Positions 46,230 through 46,345 of a DNA stretch of 46,345 nucleotides are shown here, one piece after another. Within the stretch, counting starts at the first letter, position 1. Every line of letters begins with the position of its first letter. The translations under genes and the position numbers were made by a program. Origin of the DNA: a virus (taxonomy: Duplodnaviria; Caudoviricetes); IMG/VR virus record IMGVR_UViG_3300031519_000039, positions 1-46,345 of that record; one strand, 5' to 3'. Under the pieces are notes generated by a model that searched no databases, was not told where the DNA came from, and saw nothing but the letters and a program-made list of their open reading frames with translations.

Positions 46230-46285
46230 CTAAATAGTGAGCAAAAGAAACAATTATAATTACGTGTGATGAGAATAATAAAGTA

Positions 46286-46314
46286 TGTACAAACTCCTTA
46301 AGACGTGATATAAT
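46286..46314 (+). promoter_or_regulatory. Sigma70-type (early/middle) promoter for the next gene
   Basis: TGTACA-17 nt-TATAAT with TGn, followed by AAGGAG and an ATG at 46342. The gene runs out of the window; by synteny it may be gp55. Confidence 0.65.
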
Positions 46315-46345
46315 ATACTTAATGATGAAGGAGACACTTAAATGC

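Noticed and set aside
1-46345. Alternative genetic code, tRNA genes or rRNA genes
   Set aside because: Standard-code ORFs tile the window with TAA, TAG and TGA all used as stops. The few intergenic gaps show no cloverleaf or rRNA-like sequence.

Overview
This 46.3-kb window comes from an AT-rich T4-like myovirus genome, most similar in gene order to marine T4-like phages. The right half is the conserved virion module: fibre genes, gp13, gp14, gp15, gp16, gp17, gp18, gp19, gp20, gp21, gp22, gp23, gp3, uvsY and uvsW, with TATAAATA late promoters. The left end encodes the C-terminal part of a large baseplate-type protein and two small virion proteins. Between them (about 3.9-25.6 kb) lies a 24-gene enzyme island in two divergent, translationally coupled operons. 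It encodes ten radical SAM (rSAM) proteins (seven with an N-terminal twitch-like Fe-S domain), three GT-A glycosyltransferase-like proteins, two methyltransferase-like proteins, two sulfotransferases, a PLP enzyme, a 2OG-Fe(II) oxygenase-like protein, a QueC-like ATPase, a NodU/CmcH carbamoyltransferase and three SGNH-like proteins. The flanking virion proteins are strongly enriched in the Asp-Ser dipeptide: about 47 DS by manual count in the 1095-aa fibre, plus clusters in neck, sheath and capsid proteins. My main hypothesis (inference, untested) is a phage-encoded system that builds a heavily tailored glycan or other adduct and attaches it to DS motifs on the virion surface. All family calls come from motifs read by eye; no database searches were run.
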